Positions 30,001 through 38,373 are shown, counted from the stretch's first letter. The stretch: DNA of 64,000 nucleotides from a candidate division FCPU426 bacterium (GCA_963847625.1 CAWKAR010000060.1:32001-96000), one strand, 5' to 3'. The notes: generated by a model not told the origin, from the sequence alone. Translations and numbers: made by a program.

Positions 30001-30113
30001 ACTTTTGGGACGGTAGAAATAAATACGGTGATCCCTGCGCCAGCGGGGTCTATATTCTCTACCTCGTCGAGCCCTATAACCGCCAAATCAAAAGAATCCT
30101 TCTTCTAAAGTAG
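27078..30113 (+). CDS. Secreted SBBP (beta-propeller) repeat protein with Thr/Ser/Pro linker and C-terminal FlgD-Ig-like domain
   Basis: PLYFEPNEGQTD N-terminal domain, LVIDP.L.YSTYLGG, repeated IAVDGSGNAYVTG.T.S.NFPTT.GAYQ, TPTNT linker, IYNSAGE.IKTL...WDGRN..G...ASGVY. Confidence 0.9.
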   Translation: MIKKNVFRNRLRFLNAGLFACVILVFGMGLVATTHNSSFPVTKKSNASSKAQLDAGTRLKLNQNYGHIPLYFEPNEGQTDPQVKFISRGSGYTFFITPAEAVFVLKHGGPKDLSQKTGRLGHKFPIPNSSFQIGSPDVLRLRLEGGNRMAEFEGMEKAEGKSNYFIGNDRSKWHTNIANYTKVKIKEVYPGIDMVYYGAQRKLEYDFEVKPGADPSVIGLSNQGAKNAEVDSQGNLIFHMAQGDVAFKAPIVYQEQGAGKTKIDGAYKIRADGKIGFETGNYDKTLPLVIDPQLDYSTYLGGSSSDQGSAIAVDGSGDAYVTGDTYSMDFPTSSGAYQTALGGTGVSNAFISKLNATGSALIYSTYLGGNGGESGHGIAVNGSGNAYVTGYTTSTNFPTTTGAYQTTLGSAGVTNAFVTEINSSGNALVYSTYLGGSESDYGCSIAVDGTGNAYVTGASGSNFPTTTGAFQTVCSGSAAFITKLNPAGNMLVYSTYLGGTGGDIGFSIALDGSGNAYVTGCTGSTDFPTSSGAYQTTNNSAPGNGNGFITKLNSSGTSLIYSTYLGGSGGLQARGIAVDGTGNVYVTGLTNGNFSVGGPIVNFPTTSGAFQTVFGGGIFNAFVTKLNSIGSALVYSTYLGGNLEDIGTGIVLDGLGDAYVTGDAESSNFPTTSGAYLTAKTGNMSFLTELNTTGSNLIYSTLLSGSQWFIEGGVALDAQGNVYVTGYTSSTNYPATDGAYQTTFGGVEDAYVVKLDASDFYTDTPTITSTMTTTPTPTNSSTSTETPTVTYSPSPTSTATDTSTATNSSTVTNTSSSTNTPTVTNTFTSTSSPSPTNTFTITNTPTITYSQTPTNTSSNTPTSANTSTPTSTYTMTDTPTPSFTPSNTYTTTPTGTPMETMTPTVSNTPTSTSLPSCDEFSISKNAFFPSNGSVSIIVSYCQYPGAYFLAIYNSAGEHIKTLDARHLEGPIATSYFWDGRNKYGDPCASGVYILYLVEPYNRQIKRILLLK

Positions 30114-30297
30114 ACTTGTTACTTGGTGGTCGCGATACCCCAATAGCCATATTGTCACAACCCAATTGGCTTAACGGGCTCCAAACGAACCCGTTAAAAA
30201 GCCGTTCTTCTTCGAACCCGGTGTTAAACCGGTCAAGGGACGGCCCTCCGCACCGCAGCGTAGGGCAGGGCTTCGGGTCGCCACTTGGACGGGGCAT

Positions 30298-30374
30298 GCG
30301 CCGATTCACCATAAGACTGTAAGGTAATCGGTGCTATACCGACCACCTTATAAGATTAATAGAAGGTCGGCATG
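30298..30374 (-). repeat. Double-hairpin element, copy 4
   Basis: Reverse complement: CATGCCGACC-loop-GGTCGGTATA GCACCGATTA-loop-AATCGGCGC. Confidence 0.8.
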
Positions 30375-30445
30375 GAACCCCGCCCACCCATTGGCCAGTT
30401 GGCCAAGGGCAGTAAAATTCACGAGTACACGGCTAGGCACTCTGG

Positions 30446-30521
30446 CATGCCGACCTTCAATAAAATTCTAAAGAGGTCGGTATTGTGCCGATATCTTTAT
30501 TGTCTTTTGGAAAATCGGCAC
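30446..30521 (+). repeat. Double-hairpin element, copy 5 (inverted relative to copy 4)
   Basis: CATGCCGACC-loop-GGTCGGTATT GTGCCGATAT-loop-AAATCGGCAC. Confidence 0.8.
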
Positions 30522-30545
30522 AAACCCGAGGCCTTGGCAGCCGGT

Positions 30546-30586
30546 AAAAAAAATCCCCCATGCCTCGAAGGGAAGCATGGGGGATT
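30546..30586 (-). terminator. Intrinsic terminator of the minus-strand CBM9-like gene
   Basis: AATCCCCCATGC/GCATGGGGGATT stem with an A8 run on the left (U-tract on the minus strand), about 20 bp past the stop at 30608. Confidence 0.8.
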
Positions 30587-30607
30587 GAGTTCGGTTATAA
30601 AAAATAA

Positions 30608-31651
30608 TTACTTGATGGTGGCGATGCCCCACATGGCCGGATTGTCCCAGGCGTCGATGGTGGCGTTCCAAAATATCTTCTTTTCCCTCGCGCCGGCATC
30701 GCTGGCCTTGGCCACGGCCGCGTCGAACTTGTAGGATTTCCCGACGGCCCAGTCGTTTTCCAGGAGGTTGGACAAGGGGATGATCCCTGTCAAGATATAG
30801 CCCTTAGCCGTTGGAGTAACTTGAACCTTCCCGCCTTTCATGACCGTGCCGATGGGGAAAAGCCGGATGACAGGCTTGCCGGAATCACCGGTGGGAGCCA
30901 TAACAAACTGAAAGTCATAGTCCGACTTCTTCATACGGCTGGTCTGGGCCATGCTCGACTTCGAGGAGAAGTAGAGTTCCAGGCAGTCGGCGTTCCAGCA
31001 GTTGTCGAAGTTCTGCTTGTTGACCGGGCCGCGGCCCTGGGTCACTTCGCAGGCGACATAGATGTTCTTGAGGTCCGTGGCAATCCGCAAATCGGCCGAA
31101 AGGTCGGCGGCGCCGGTGACCTTGCCGATGCAGATATGGTCCTTGTTGGCCGGGGAAAGATGGATGGAGGGAACCGCAGCAAAGGGCGTCATCCCGGCAT
31201 CGATGGCCAGGGGCGCAGCGACATGTTGGATGACGGCCGGTCCGCCAGCTTCGACGGCTTTGGCGGCGGCTTTCTTGGCCCTTCTCACCCTTTTGACGGC
31301 CTTGGCCTTCGCCGGGGCCGGTTTCGCGGCGGCGGCAGCCGGAGCAACGGTGGCCACTGGAGCAACAGCGGCAGCCGGAGCAACGGCGGCTGGGGCAGCG
31401 GCGGCTGGCGAAGCGACAGCAGCAACAGGCGAAGCAACGGCGGCGGCAGTGGTATTAGTATCAGGCGGTATAACAGGCGGCTTAAGCCCGTCTTCAATCG
31501 GGGGCGGCATTGGCGGGGCGTCCGTATTAGCGGCTGGCGTAACGGCAGCCGGGGCATTCGCGGCCGGAGCAGCAACGTTATCCGCGGCCTTCACTAAGCC
31601 GTAAATCCCGACGAACAAAACACAGAACAACGCTGTCATAATGCGCTTCAT
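30608..31651 (-). CDS. Secreted protein: signal peptide, Ala/Pro-rich linker, basic patch, C-terminal CBM9/DOMON-like sugar-binding domain
   Basis: GGAGG RBS; DLSA...IATD.KNIYVACEV, WNADCLELYF, GY.L...IPLS.L, FD.AV, W.NP..WG. Confidence 0.72.
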   Translation of the reverse strand: MKRIMTALFCVLFVGIYGLVKAADNVAAPAANAPAAVTPAANTDAPPMPPPIEDGLKPPVIPPDTNTTAAAVASPVAAVASPAAAAPAAVAPAAAVAPVATVAPAAAAAKPAPAKAKAVKRVRRAKKAAAKAVEAGGPAVIQHVAAPLAIDAGMTPFAAVPSIHLSPANKDHICIGKVTGAADLSADLRIATDLKNIYVACEVTQGRGPVNKQNFDNCWNADCLELYFSSKSSMAQTSRMKKSDYDFQFVMAPTGDSGKPVIRLFPIGTVMKGGKVQVTPTAKGYILTGIIPLSNLLENDWAVGKSYKFDAAVAKASDAGAREKKIFWNATIDAWDNPAMWGIATIK

Positions 31652-31807
31652 CCAAAGCCTCCTTTATGTACATGGTTCTTTACTTCAATGGCCTGGATTC
31701 ACCTGACACTTGAGGACCGGGCCTTGAGGGAAAACATTGTATGCGGGGGATGAGTTTTGGGCAAATAATTTGAAAAGGGGTCAGGAGATATTTAAAACCC
31801 CAAATCT

Positions 31808-31946
31808 GTCATTGCGAGGAATACCCGTCGAATAGGCGGGTGTTTATGACGAAGCAACCTAAGTTAAAATAATGCTAAATCTTTATCCGGCAAAACCACC
31901 CATATACTGGGGTTGCTTCGCCGCACAATTCGCGGCTCGCAATGAC
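31808..31946. repeat. Palindromic REP-like element GTCATTGCGAG...CTCGCAATGAC
   Basis: Terminal IR GTCATTGCGAG/CTCGCAATGAC, inner IR CGAAGCAACC/GGTTGCTTCG, side hairpins ACCCGTC/GGCGGGT and CCGC/GCGG. Confidence 0.85.
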
Positions 31947-32033
31947 GAATAAAATTAAGGGAATTAAACCGAGTTCACACGAACCCCGAAAAATCGGTTA
32001 AAATGCACAGGAATTTGAAAGAAAGGAGTTGGA

Positions 32034-32267
32034 ATGGCTCCATCGGCATTTGAGGATTCACTCGCAAAATTAGAGGGAATAGTATCCAAAATGGAATCGG
32101 GGGATCTCAAGTTGGAGGATTCCCTGAAACTATTCGAGGAAGGCATGAAGCTCACCAAGGAATGCAACCATCGCTTGAACGAGATAGAAAAAAAAGTCAA
32201 AAACCTCCTTAAAACCACCCAAGCCAAAGCGAATGAAAGTGGATCAACCCGTGGGTCCAAGGCCTGA
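32034..32267 (+). CDS. xseB: Exodeoxyribonuclease VII small subunit
   Basis: FEDSLAKLEGIVSKMESGDLKLEDSLKLFEEG; AAGGAG RBS. Confidence 0.95.
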   Translation: MAPSAFEDSLAKLEGIVSKMESGDLKLEDSLKLFEEGMKLTKECNHRLNEIEKKVKNLLKTTQAKANESGSTRGSKA

Positions 32268-32272
32268 GACCC

Positions 32273-33169
32273 ATGCCCTTTCCAATCCAAGCCTACCTTG
32301 AGAAAAAACGCCGGTACGTTGACGCCGGATTAACGCGGGTCTTTCACAATGCCGGGAACTGCCCCCCAGCCCTTTGGCAAAGCATGAAATACAGCGTTTT
32401 CTCCGGGGGAAAACGGCTTCGTCCCATCCTATGCCTGGCCGCTTCCGAGGCGGTTGGCCTGCCCACAACCGAGGCACTGCGCATCGGCTGTTCGCTGGAA
32501 CTCATTCACACCTACAGCCTTATACATGACGACCTCCCGGCCCTGGACGACGACGATTTTAGGCGGGGCCGAAAAACCAACCACAAGGTGTTCGGGGAGG
32601 CCATGGCCATCCTGGCAGGGGACGGCCTCCTCACCCTGGCCTTCGGGTGGGCATCCAACCCATTGGCTTATTCCCCGAGCCGAAGAAAAAACTTGGCGCT
32701 CGTGACGGCGGAATTGGCCCGCGCGGCGGGTTACCCCGGCATGGTGGGGGGACAGGTGGACGATGTTTTATCGGAGAGAAAAAAACCAAACCTTACCAAG
32801 GTCCTTTCCATCCATAGCCGGAAAACCGGCGCCCTGCTGTCGGCCAGCGTCAAACTGCCGGCGCTCCTGGCGGGGGCATCCGCCGTAAAAACCCGGGCCT
32901 TATCCGTTTACGGCCGTTGCGCCGGCCTGGCTTTCCAAATCGTGGACGATATTTTGAACGAGACGGGAAAAAGCAGCCACCTGGGCAAGAAAGCGGGAAG
33001 CGACCGGGCCCGGGGAAAGATGACCTATCCCGCGGTGGTGGGCGTCAGGAATTCCAAAAGGGAAGTGGTGAGGCTGACGAAACAGGCCGTGGAAGCCCTC
33101 CGGGTTTTCGGAGCCAAGGGAGAGCCCCTGGCGGCCCTGGCCCTCCACATGGCAGAAAGAACGATGTGA
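32273..33169 (+). CDS. ispA: Farnesyl/geranylgeranyl diphosphate synthase
   Basis: GGKRLRP, HTYSLIHDDLPALDDDDFRRG, GMVGGQ, KTGAL, FQIVDDIL. Confidence 0.93.
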   Translation: MPFPIQAYLEKKRRYVDAGLTRVFHNAGNCPPALWQSMKYSVFSGGKRLRPILCLAASEAVGLPTTEALRIGCSLELIHTYSLIHDDLPALDDDDFRRGRKTNHKVFGEAMAILAGDGLLTLAFGWASNPLAYSPSRRKNLALVTAELARAAGYPGMVGGQVDDVLSERKKPNLTKVLSIHSRKTGALLSASVKLPALLAGASAVKTRALSVYGRCAGLAFQIVDDILNETGKSSHLGKKAGSDRARGKMTYPAVVGVRNSKREVVRLTKQAVEALRVFGAKGEPLAALALHMAERTM

Positions 33170-33171
33170 GC

Positions 33172-33615
33172 ATGAACCCGGTGAACCAAATCATTACCTC
33201 GAAAATTTTTTGGGTCACGGCTTTAGCCTGGTTCGTGGCCCAAAGCTGCAAGGTATTGTTTTATTTTTACCGCCATCATAAGATTAATTTTAAGCTTTTC
33301 GTGGGATCGGGGGGCATGCCCAGCTCCCATTCCGCGTTGGTATCCTGCATGGCCACGACCATAGGGTTGCAGTGCGGCTGGAGCTCACCGATTTTTCTCC
33401 TGGCCATGGGCGTCTCCTTCGTCATCATGGCGGACGCGGCGGGCGTGCGAAGGGCGGCGGGCCAACAAGCCAAGATCCTGAATGAAATCCTGGACGACAT
33501 GAACAACTCCAAGCCCTTTCCCCACCAGCGCTTGAAGGAATTCCTGGGGCACACACCCATTGAAGTGATCACTGGGGCTTTAATGGGTTTTTGTTTTGCG
33601 ATGATTTTTTATTAA
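33172..33615 (+). CDS. Divergent PAP2 family membrane protein (DUF212)
   Basis: SGGMPSSHSA, DAAGVRRAAG.QA, LKE.LGHTP.EV. Confidence 0.92.
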   Translation: MNPVNQIITSKIFWVTALAWFVAQSCKVLFYFYRHHKINFKLFVGSGGMPSSHSALVSCMATTIGLQCGWSSPIFLLAMGVSFVIMADAAGVRRAAGQQAKILNEILDDMNNSKPFPHQRLKEFLGHTPIEVITGALMGFCFAMIFY

Positions 33616-33744
33616 AAAAGGCCGTAAAAGCCCTTTATTCGTTTTTGAAAATGCTTCTGATATTTTTTGTTTTTTTTGGGGCATGACAAACCCGTAAAAC
33701 AGCGTTTTAATCTTTAATCACCGGTTATCCGCAATTGGAGACGC

Positions 33745-35661
33745 ATGTACGAGTACCTGGACAAAATCGACAGCCCGACGAATTTAAGGGAGCTTCCGCC
33801 CGAAGCTCTTCCGAAGGTCGCGGAGGAAATAAGGGATTTCCTCATCACTTCCGTTTCCAAGACCGGGGGCCACCTGGGCGCGTCATTGGGGGCGGTCGAA
33901 TTGACCCTCGCCCTGCATTATGTTTATGACACGCCCCGGGACCGCATCGTTTGGGACGTGGGACACCAGGCGTACGGGCATAAGGCCATCACCGGCCGCC
34001 GGGACCGTTTCGCGACCCTGCGGCAGGCTGACGGCCTGGGCGGGTTCCCAAAACGCTCGGAAAGCGAATACGACACCTTTACCGTCGGGCATGCCGGCAC
34101 CGCCCTTTCTGCGGCGTTCGGAATGGCCCTGGCCCGCACAATCCAGAAAAAGAATTTCCACGTCGTGGCGGTGGTCGGCGACGCGGGCATCTCCAACGGC
34201 TTGTCCATGGAAGCCCTCAACAACATCGCGGATCACCCGGAACTGGACATGGCGGTCATCCTTAACGACAACGAGATGTCCATCTCGCCCAACGTGGGGG
34301 CCATGTCGGCCTACCTGAGCAAGATCCTGACCGGAAAGTCCTTTAACGAGGCCAAGACCCGCCTGGAACACATGCTCGACCGCATCCCCAAAGTGGGGCC
34401 CCAGGTCCTCCAGATGGCCCACCACGCCGAGGAAGCTTTGAAGGGTTTCGTGACCCCTGGAACCCTTTTCGAGGAGTTGGGCCTGCGCTATTACGGACCC
34501 ATCGATGGGCACAATGTCCTCATGCTGGTGGAAATCTTCAAGCGCGTCAAACAATTGAAGGGGCCCGTCATGCTCCACCTCATCACCCAGAAGGGGAAGG
34601 GCTACGGCCCGGCGGAGGAAAACCCGGTGAAGTTTCACGGGGTGACCGTATTCGACAGGGAAACCGGGATGATGACCGCGCCTTCCGTTCCCGGCTCCGC
34701 GCCCACCTACACCAAGGTTTTCGGGGAAGCCATGATCGAGCTGGCGAAGGACCACCCGAAACTCGTCGGAATCACCGCCGCCATGCCGGACGGCACGGGC
34801 CTCAAAAAGTTCGGCGAACTGTACCCCGGCCGCTATCTGGACGTGGGTATCGCCGAAAGCCACGCGGTTTGCATGGCCGCCGGAATGGCCTGCGAGGGCC
34901 TCAAGCCCGTGGTGGCCATCTATTCCACCTTCCTCCAAAGGGCCTACGACCAGATCATCCACGACGTTTGCCTCCAGAAACTGCCGGTCGTGTTCGCCCT
35001 GGACCGGGGCGGTTTGGTGGGGGACGACGGGGAGACCCACCAGGGCGCCTACGACTTGTCCTTCCTGCGTTGCGTGCCCAACCTGACGGTCATGGCCCCC
35101 GCGGACGAGAACGAATTGAGGAACATGCTTTTTACGGCGGTCGAGCACGACGGCCCCATCGCCCTGCGTTATCCCCGGGGGGCCGGGGAGGGGGTTCCCA
35201 TCGAGCCGGGTTTTCAAAAGCTTGAAATCGGAAAGGGAAAGATCCTGTCGGAGGGCCGCCATTACGCCATCTTGGCCATTGGAAACATGGTCGGCGTTGC
35301 CCGGCAGGCGGCCGCCTTGCTGAAAAAGGAGGGGCTGGAAGGAACCATTGCCAACATGAGGTTTGTGAAACCCCTGGATGAGAAACTTCTCCAGACGATC
35401 GCGGCTAAAAACAAGGTCCTTCTCACCCTGGAGGAAAACGTACTGGCCGGGGGGTTTGGGAGCGCGGTCCTGGAAGCCCTTCAAAAACACCGTCTCTTTG
35501 ACTGCGCGGTGCGAAGGCTCGGAATTCCCGATAAGTTCATCGATCAAGCCCGGCCCCAGCAACAGAGGGAACAATGCGGCTTAGACGCGCACCATGTCGC
35601 GGAGGCTGTGCGGCAACTGCTCGCGAACAAGGCGCCTTACATGCTAGGAGCTGTTTCTTAA
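33745..35661 (+). CDS. dxs: 1-deoxy-D-xylulose-5-phosphate synthase
   Basis: GGHLGASLG, WDVGHQAY, LNDNEMSIS, DVGIAE, YSTFLQRAYDQ, DGETHQG. Confidence 0.97.
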   Translation: MYEYLDKIDSPTNLRELPPEALPKVAEEIRDFLITSVSKTGGHLGASLGAVELTLALHYVYDTPRDRIVWDVGHQAYGHKAITGRRDRFATLRQADGLGGFPKRSESEYDTFTVGHAGTALSAAFGMALARTIQKKNFHVVAVVGDAGISNGLSMEALNNIADHPELDMAVILNDNEMSISPNVGAMSAYLSKILTGKSFNEAKTRLEHMLDRIPKVGPQVLQMAHHAEEALKGFVTPGTLFEELGLRYYGPIDGHNVLMLVEIFKRVKQLKGPVMLHLITQKGKGYGPAEENPVKFHGVTVFDRETGMMTAPSVPGSAPTYTKVFGEAMIELAKDHPKLVGITAAMPDGTGLKKFGELYPGRYLDVGIAESHAVCMAAGMACEGLKPVVAIYSTFLQRAYDQIIHDVCLQKLPVVFALDRGGLVGDDGETHQGAYDLSFLRCVPNLTVMAPADENELRNMLFTAVEHDGPIALRYPRGAGEGVPIEPGFQKLEIGKGKILSEGRHYAILAIGNMVGVARQAAALLKKEGLEGTIANMRFVKPLDEKLLQTIAAKNKVLLTLEENVLAGGFGSAVLEALQKHRLFDCAVRRLGIPDKFIDQARPQQQREQCGLDAHHVAEAVRQLLANKAPYMLGAVS

Positions 35662-35662
35662 G

Positions 35663-36664
35663 ATGCCCATTTGGACCCCACGCATCCGATTTTTCCTCCT
35701 CCTGGACGGCGCCATTCTTTTTGGGCTGATCGTTTTATACAGCGTCTGCAACCATCCCTCCATCCAAACCCGTAGTACCTTAAGCGAGCGTATTTTCATC
35801 ACCCCCGAGGCAGGGGAGACAACACCCGGCACCCAGCCTGAGCGGGAAACCCTGCAACCGCCCCCAGCCGCCATGCAAACCGGAAGCCCGGGCGCCATCC
35901 AACTCAACCGGCTGCGTTCTTCCAGCGTGACCGTGCTCGTCCATAACGTGGAACTAAAGGAGAACTACTGGTCCATCGCCAGCGACAATGACATCGACAT
36001 TTACACGCTGATCGGGGCCAATCCCGACCTGCCTTTCCGGGCGGCCTTGGGACACCCGGTCAACATTCTCTCCCGCCGGGGGGTCTTGCATAACGTCGAG
36101 AAGGATGAGACCCTAAAAACCATCTGTGCCCTTTATAAATGCGACGAAAAACTCCTGGCGTCCGAAAACCACTTGACCTGGTGGCACGGGCTGAGAATCG
36201 GTGACGTGCTTTTCGTACCGAACGTGAAACCCCTGCGCATGACCGAGGATTGGCGGAATTACTTCAGCAAACGCGGAATTTTTGGAATACCTTTCGCGAG
36301 CTGGGGCAAGGGATGGACTTCCGGTTTCGGGTGGCGCAAAGACCCCATTACCGGCGAGCGAAAGATCCACAAGGGCGTCGATTTCAAGGCCCACTATGGC
36401 GAGGCCGTTTACGCGGCCGGCACAGGGACCGTCATCTTCGCGGGCGTGTCCGGGGGTTATGGAAACCTCATCCAGATCAAGCACCCCAACGGCTACATCA
36501 CCATGTACGGGCATCTTTCCAAAATCTACGTCAAGGGGGGACACCACGTTCGAAGGGGCGAAATCATCGGCCGGGTAGGGGCCACCGGCAGGGTGACCGG
36601 CCCGCACCTGCATTTTGAAATCCGGAAGAACGGGAAGGCCATCGACCCCCTGCAGATGATTTGA
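35663..36664 (+). CDS. LysM-like / M23 metallopeptidase
   Basis: SGFGWR.DP, HKGVD, YGHLS, TGRVTGPHLHFE; N-terminal TM segment and LysM-like HNVEKDETL. Confidence 0.9.
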   Translation: MPIWTPRIRFFLLLDGAILFGLIVLYSVCNHPSIQTRSTLSERIFITPEAGETTPGTQPERETLQPPPAAMQTGSPGAIQLNRLRSSSVTVLVHNVELKENYWSIASDNDIDIYTLIGANPDLPFRAALGHPVNILSRRGVLHNVEKDETLKTICALYKCDEKLLASENHLTWWHGLRIGDVLFVPNVKPLRMTEDWRNYFSKRGIFGIPFASWGKGWTSGFGWRKDPITGERKIHKGVDFKAHYGEAVYAAGTGTVIFAGVSGGYGNLIQIKHPNGYITMYGHLSKIYVKGGHHVRRGEIIGRVGATGRVTGPHLHFEIRKNGKAIDPLQMI

Positions 36665-36739
36665 GACATTTGTAAATATTTTTTCCATGGTTTTGAGACG
36701 AAGGAACCCCTCGGGTTTTTGTTTAGTTGCATTCTTCAA

Positions 36740-36999
36740 TTCACGCCGGTTGCCGACATTTTTGAGGCCGCCGCCGACGTTTCCCCCTACCTAAAAGAAC
36801 ACGGAATATTGGCCCAAATCGCCAATAACGAGGCTTTATCCGCCCTATAGGGGCTCACCGGCGCCCAAATGGCAGGTTTAAAGGCCATTACAGTCATGAA
36901 ATCCGTGGGTTTCCACGTGGCGGCCAACGCCCTTGTCTCTGGAACACTCTTAAAACAGGCCACCGGGGGGCCGGGGTCATCGTCATCGGCGACGACTAG
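36740..36999 (+). pseudogene. Remnant of the N-terminal domain of an IorA-like (indolepyruvate oxidoreductase alpha) gene
   Basis: TPVADIFEAA..NNEALSAL*GLTGAQMAGLKAITVMKSVGFHVAANAL.., then shifted frame GAGVIVIGDD*; resembles the IorA pattern NE.VA...A.GA..AG.R....MKHVG.NVAAD.L...GG.VI...DDP; TAG at 36848 and 36997. Confidence 0.6.
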
Positions 37000-37065
37000 A
37001 CAGGTCATATTGACTCCGGCGTGGTTTCGGCATAATTTGATATTCTCAATTTCTTCGGAGGGGTT

Positions 37066-37314
37066 ATGGCCAAGCGCAAGGGGCGCATGGAGGTGGATGC
37101 AAACCGCTGCAAGGCGTGCGGGCTGTGCGTGGAATTCTGCCCAAAGCATTGCATCGAACCGTCGGAAGGCTTGAGTCCCCTCGGCTATGTTCCCATGCGG
37201 TTTCGGGATGATTCGGACTGCACCGGGTGCGGCATCTGCGCCTTGATGTGCCCCGACATGGCCATCAAAGTTTGGATCCTGGAGGAAACCGCCGCCGGCG
37301 AGGCCCGCAAGTGA
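37066..37314 (+). CDS. 2x[4Fe-4S] ferredoxin (delta subunit of 2-oxoacid:ferredoxin oxidoreductase)
   Basis: CKACGLCVEFCP and CTGCGICALMCP; GGAGG RBS. Confidence 0.93.
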   Translation: MAKRKGRMEVDANRCKACGLCVEFCPKHCIEPSEGLSPLGYVPMRFRDDSDCTGCGICALMCPDMAIKVWILEETAAGEARK

Positions 37315-38373
37315 CCCTCACCTTGATTAAAGGCAACGAGGTGATCACCGAGGCGGCCATCGCCGCCGGTTGCCGTTTTTACGCCGGTTATCCCATCACC
37401 CCCCAGAACGAGATCACGTCTTCCATGGCCCGCCGGATGCCCGAGGCGGGCGGGACCTTCATCCAGGCCGAAAGCGAACTCGCCGCGGTCAACCTGTGCT
37501 TCGGCGCCTCGGTGGCCGGAGCGCGCGCCATGACCTCCACCTCTTCCCCCGGGTTCAGCCTGATGCAGGAGGCGGTTTCCTACCTGGCCGGCTGCGAGAT
37601 ACCCTGCGTGCTGGTGAACATCATGCGGGGCGGCCCCGGGCTGGGCAACATCCAGCCTTCCCAGGCCGATTACTTCCAGGCGGTGAAAGGAGGCGGCCAC
37701 GGCGATTACCGGTCCCTGGTCCTGGCCCCCGCCACCGTGGAAGAAGCCTACGCCTTCATCCAACTGGCTTTCGAGCTGTCCGACAAATACCGGAATCCCG
37801 CCGTCCTGCTGGCCGACGGGTTGCTGGGCCAGCTCATGGAACCGGTGGATCTGGCCCCGAAATCCCTGCCGGTCCTCCCCAAGCGTTCCTGGATATTGGA
37901 CGGCTGCCAAGGGGCGCAAGCCCCGCCTCATCCGTTCGCTTCTCATGGTGGAGGGGGAACTCGAGAAGCACAACTACGACCTGGCGGAAAAATACCGCTC
38001 CATGGGCAAGGAAGTGCGTTGGGAGTTGGACAAGCAGGGGAATGCGGAATTGCTGGTGGTGGCTTATGGTTCAGCTTCGCGGGCCGCGAAAGCCGCGGTG
38101 CGCGAGGCGCGCGGCCGGGGCTTGAAGGTCGACTTGCTGCGCCCCCAGACCCTTTGGCCTTTCCCTTCCGAGGCCGTTCGCGAAGCCGCGCAACGCTCGG
38201 GACGGGTGCTGGTGGTGGAAATGAGCCTGGGCCAGATGGTGGAAGACGTGCGTCTGGCCGTGGAAGGCGCGGTGCCCGTGGATTTTTTCGGACGGCCGGG
38301 CGGGGCCGTGCCCATGCCGGGCGAGATCCTGGCGGCCATGGAACGAGCCCTCGGCCGGAAGTCCAAACCATGA
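37311..38373 (+). CDS. 2-oxoacid:ferredoxin oxidoreductase alpha subunit (VorB-like); +1 frameshift at G4 37911-37914
   Basis: KGNE, GYPITPQ, QAESE, TSSPG.SL.QE, RGGPGLG.IQP.Q.DY; C-terminal VAYG, LRP.TLWPFP, VEMS.GQ in the next frame. Confidence 0.88.

Noticed and set aside
30821..31604. Gly/Ser-rich and Ala-rich plus-strand ORFs
   Set aside because: Antisense to the Ala/Pro-rich minus-strand gene, which has the RBS, signal peptide and terminator
33883..35574. 563 aa antisense ORF (likewise 3081-4040 and 37185-37973)
   Set aside because: Shadows of GC3-rich genes (dxs, argF, oxidoreductase) with no recognisable motifs
36848..36999. TAG recoding (pyrrolysine or alternative code) in the IorA-like fragment
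   Set aside because: panC, recN and sppA end normally at TAG, and the fragment is also frameshifted and truncated
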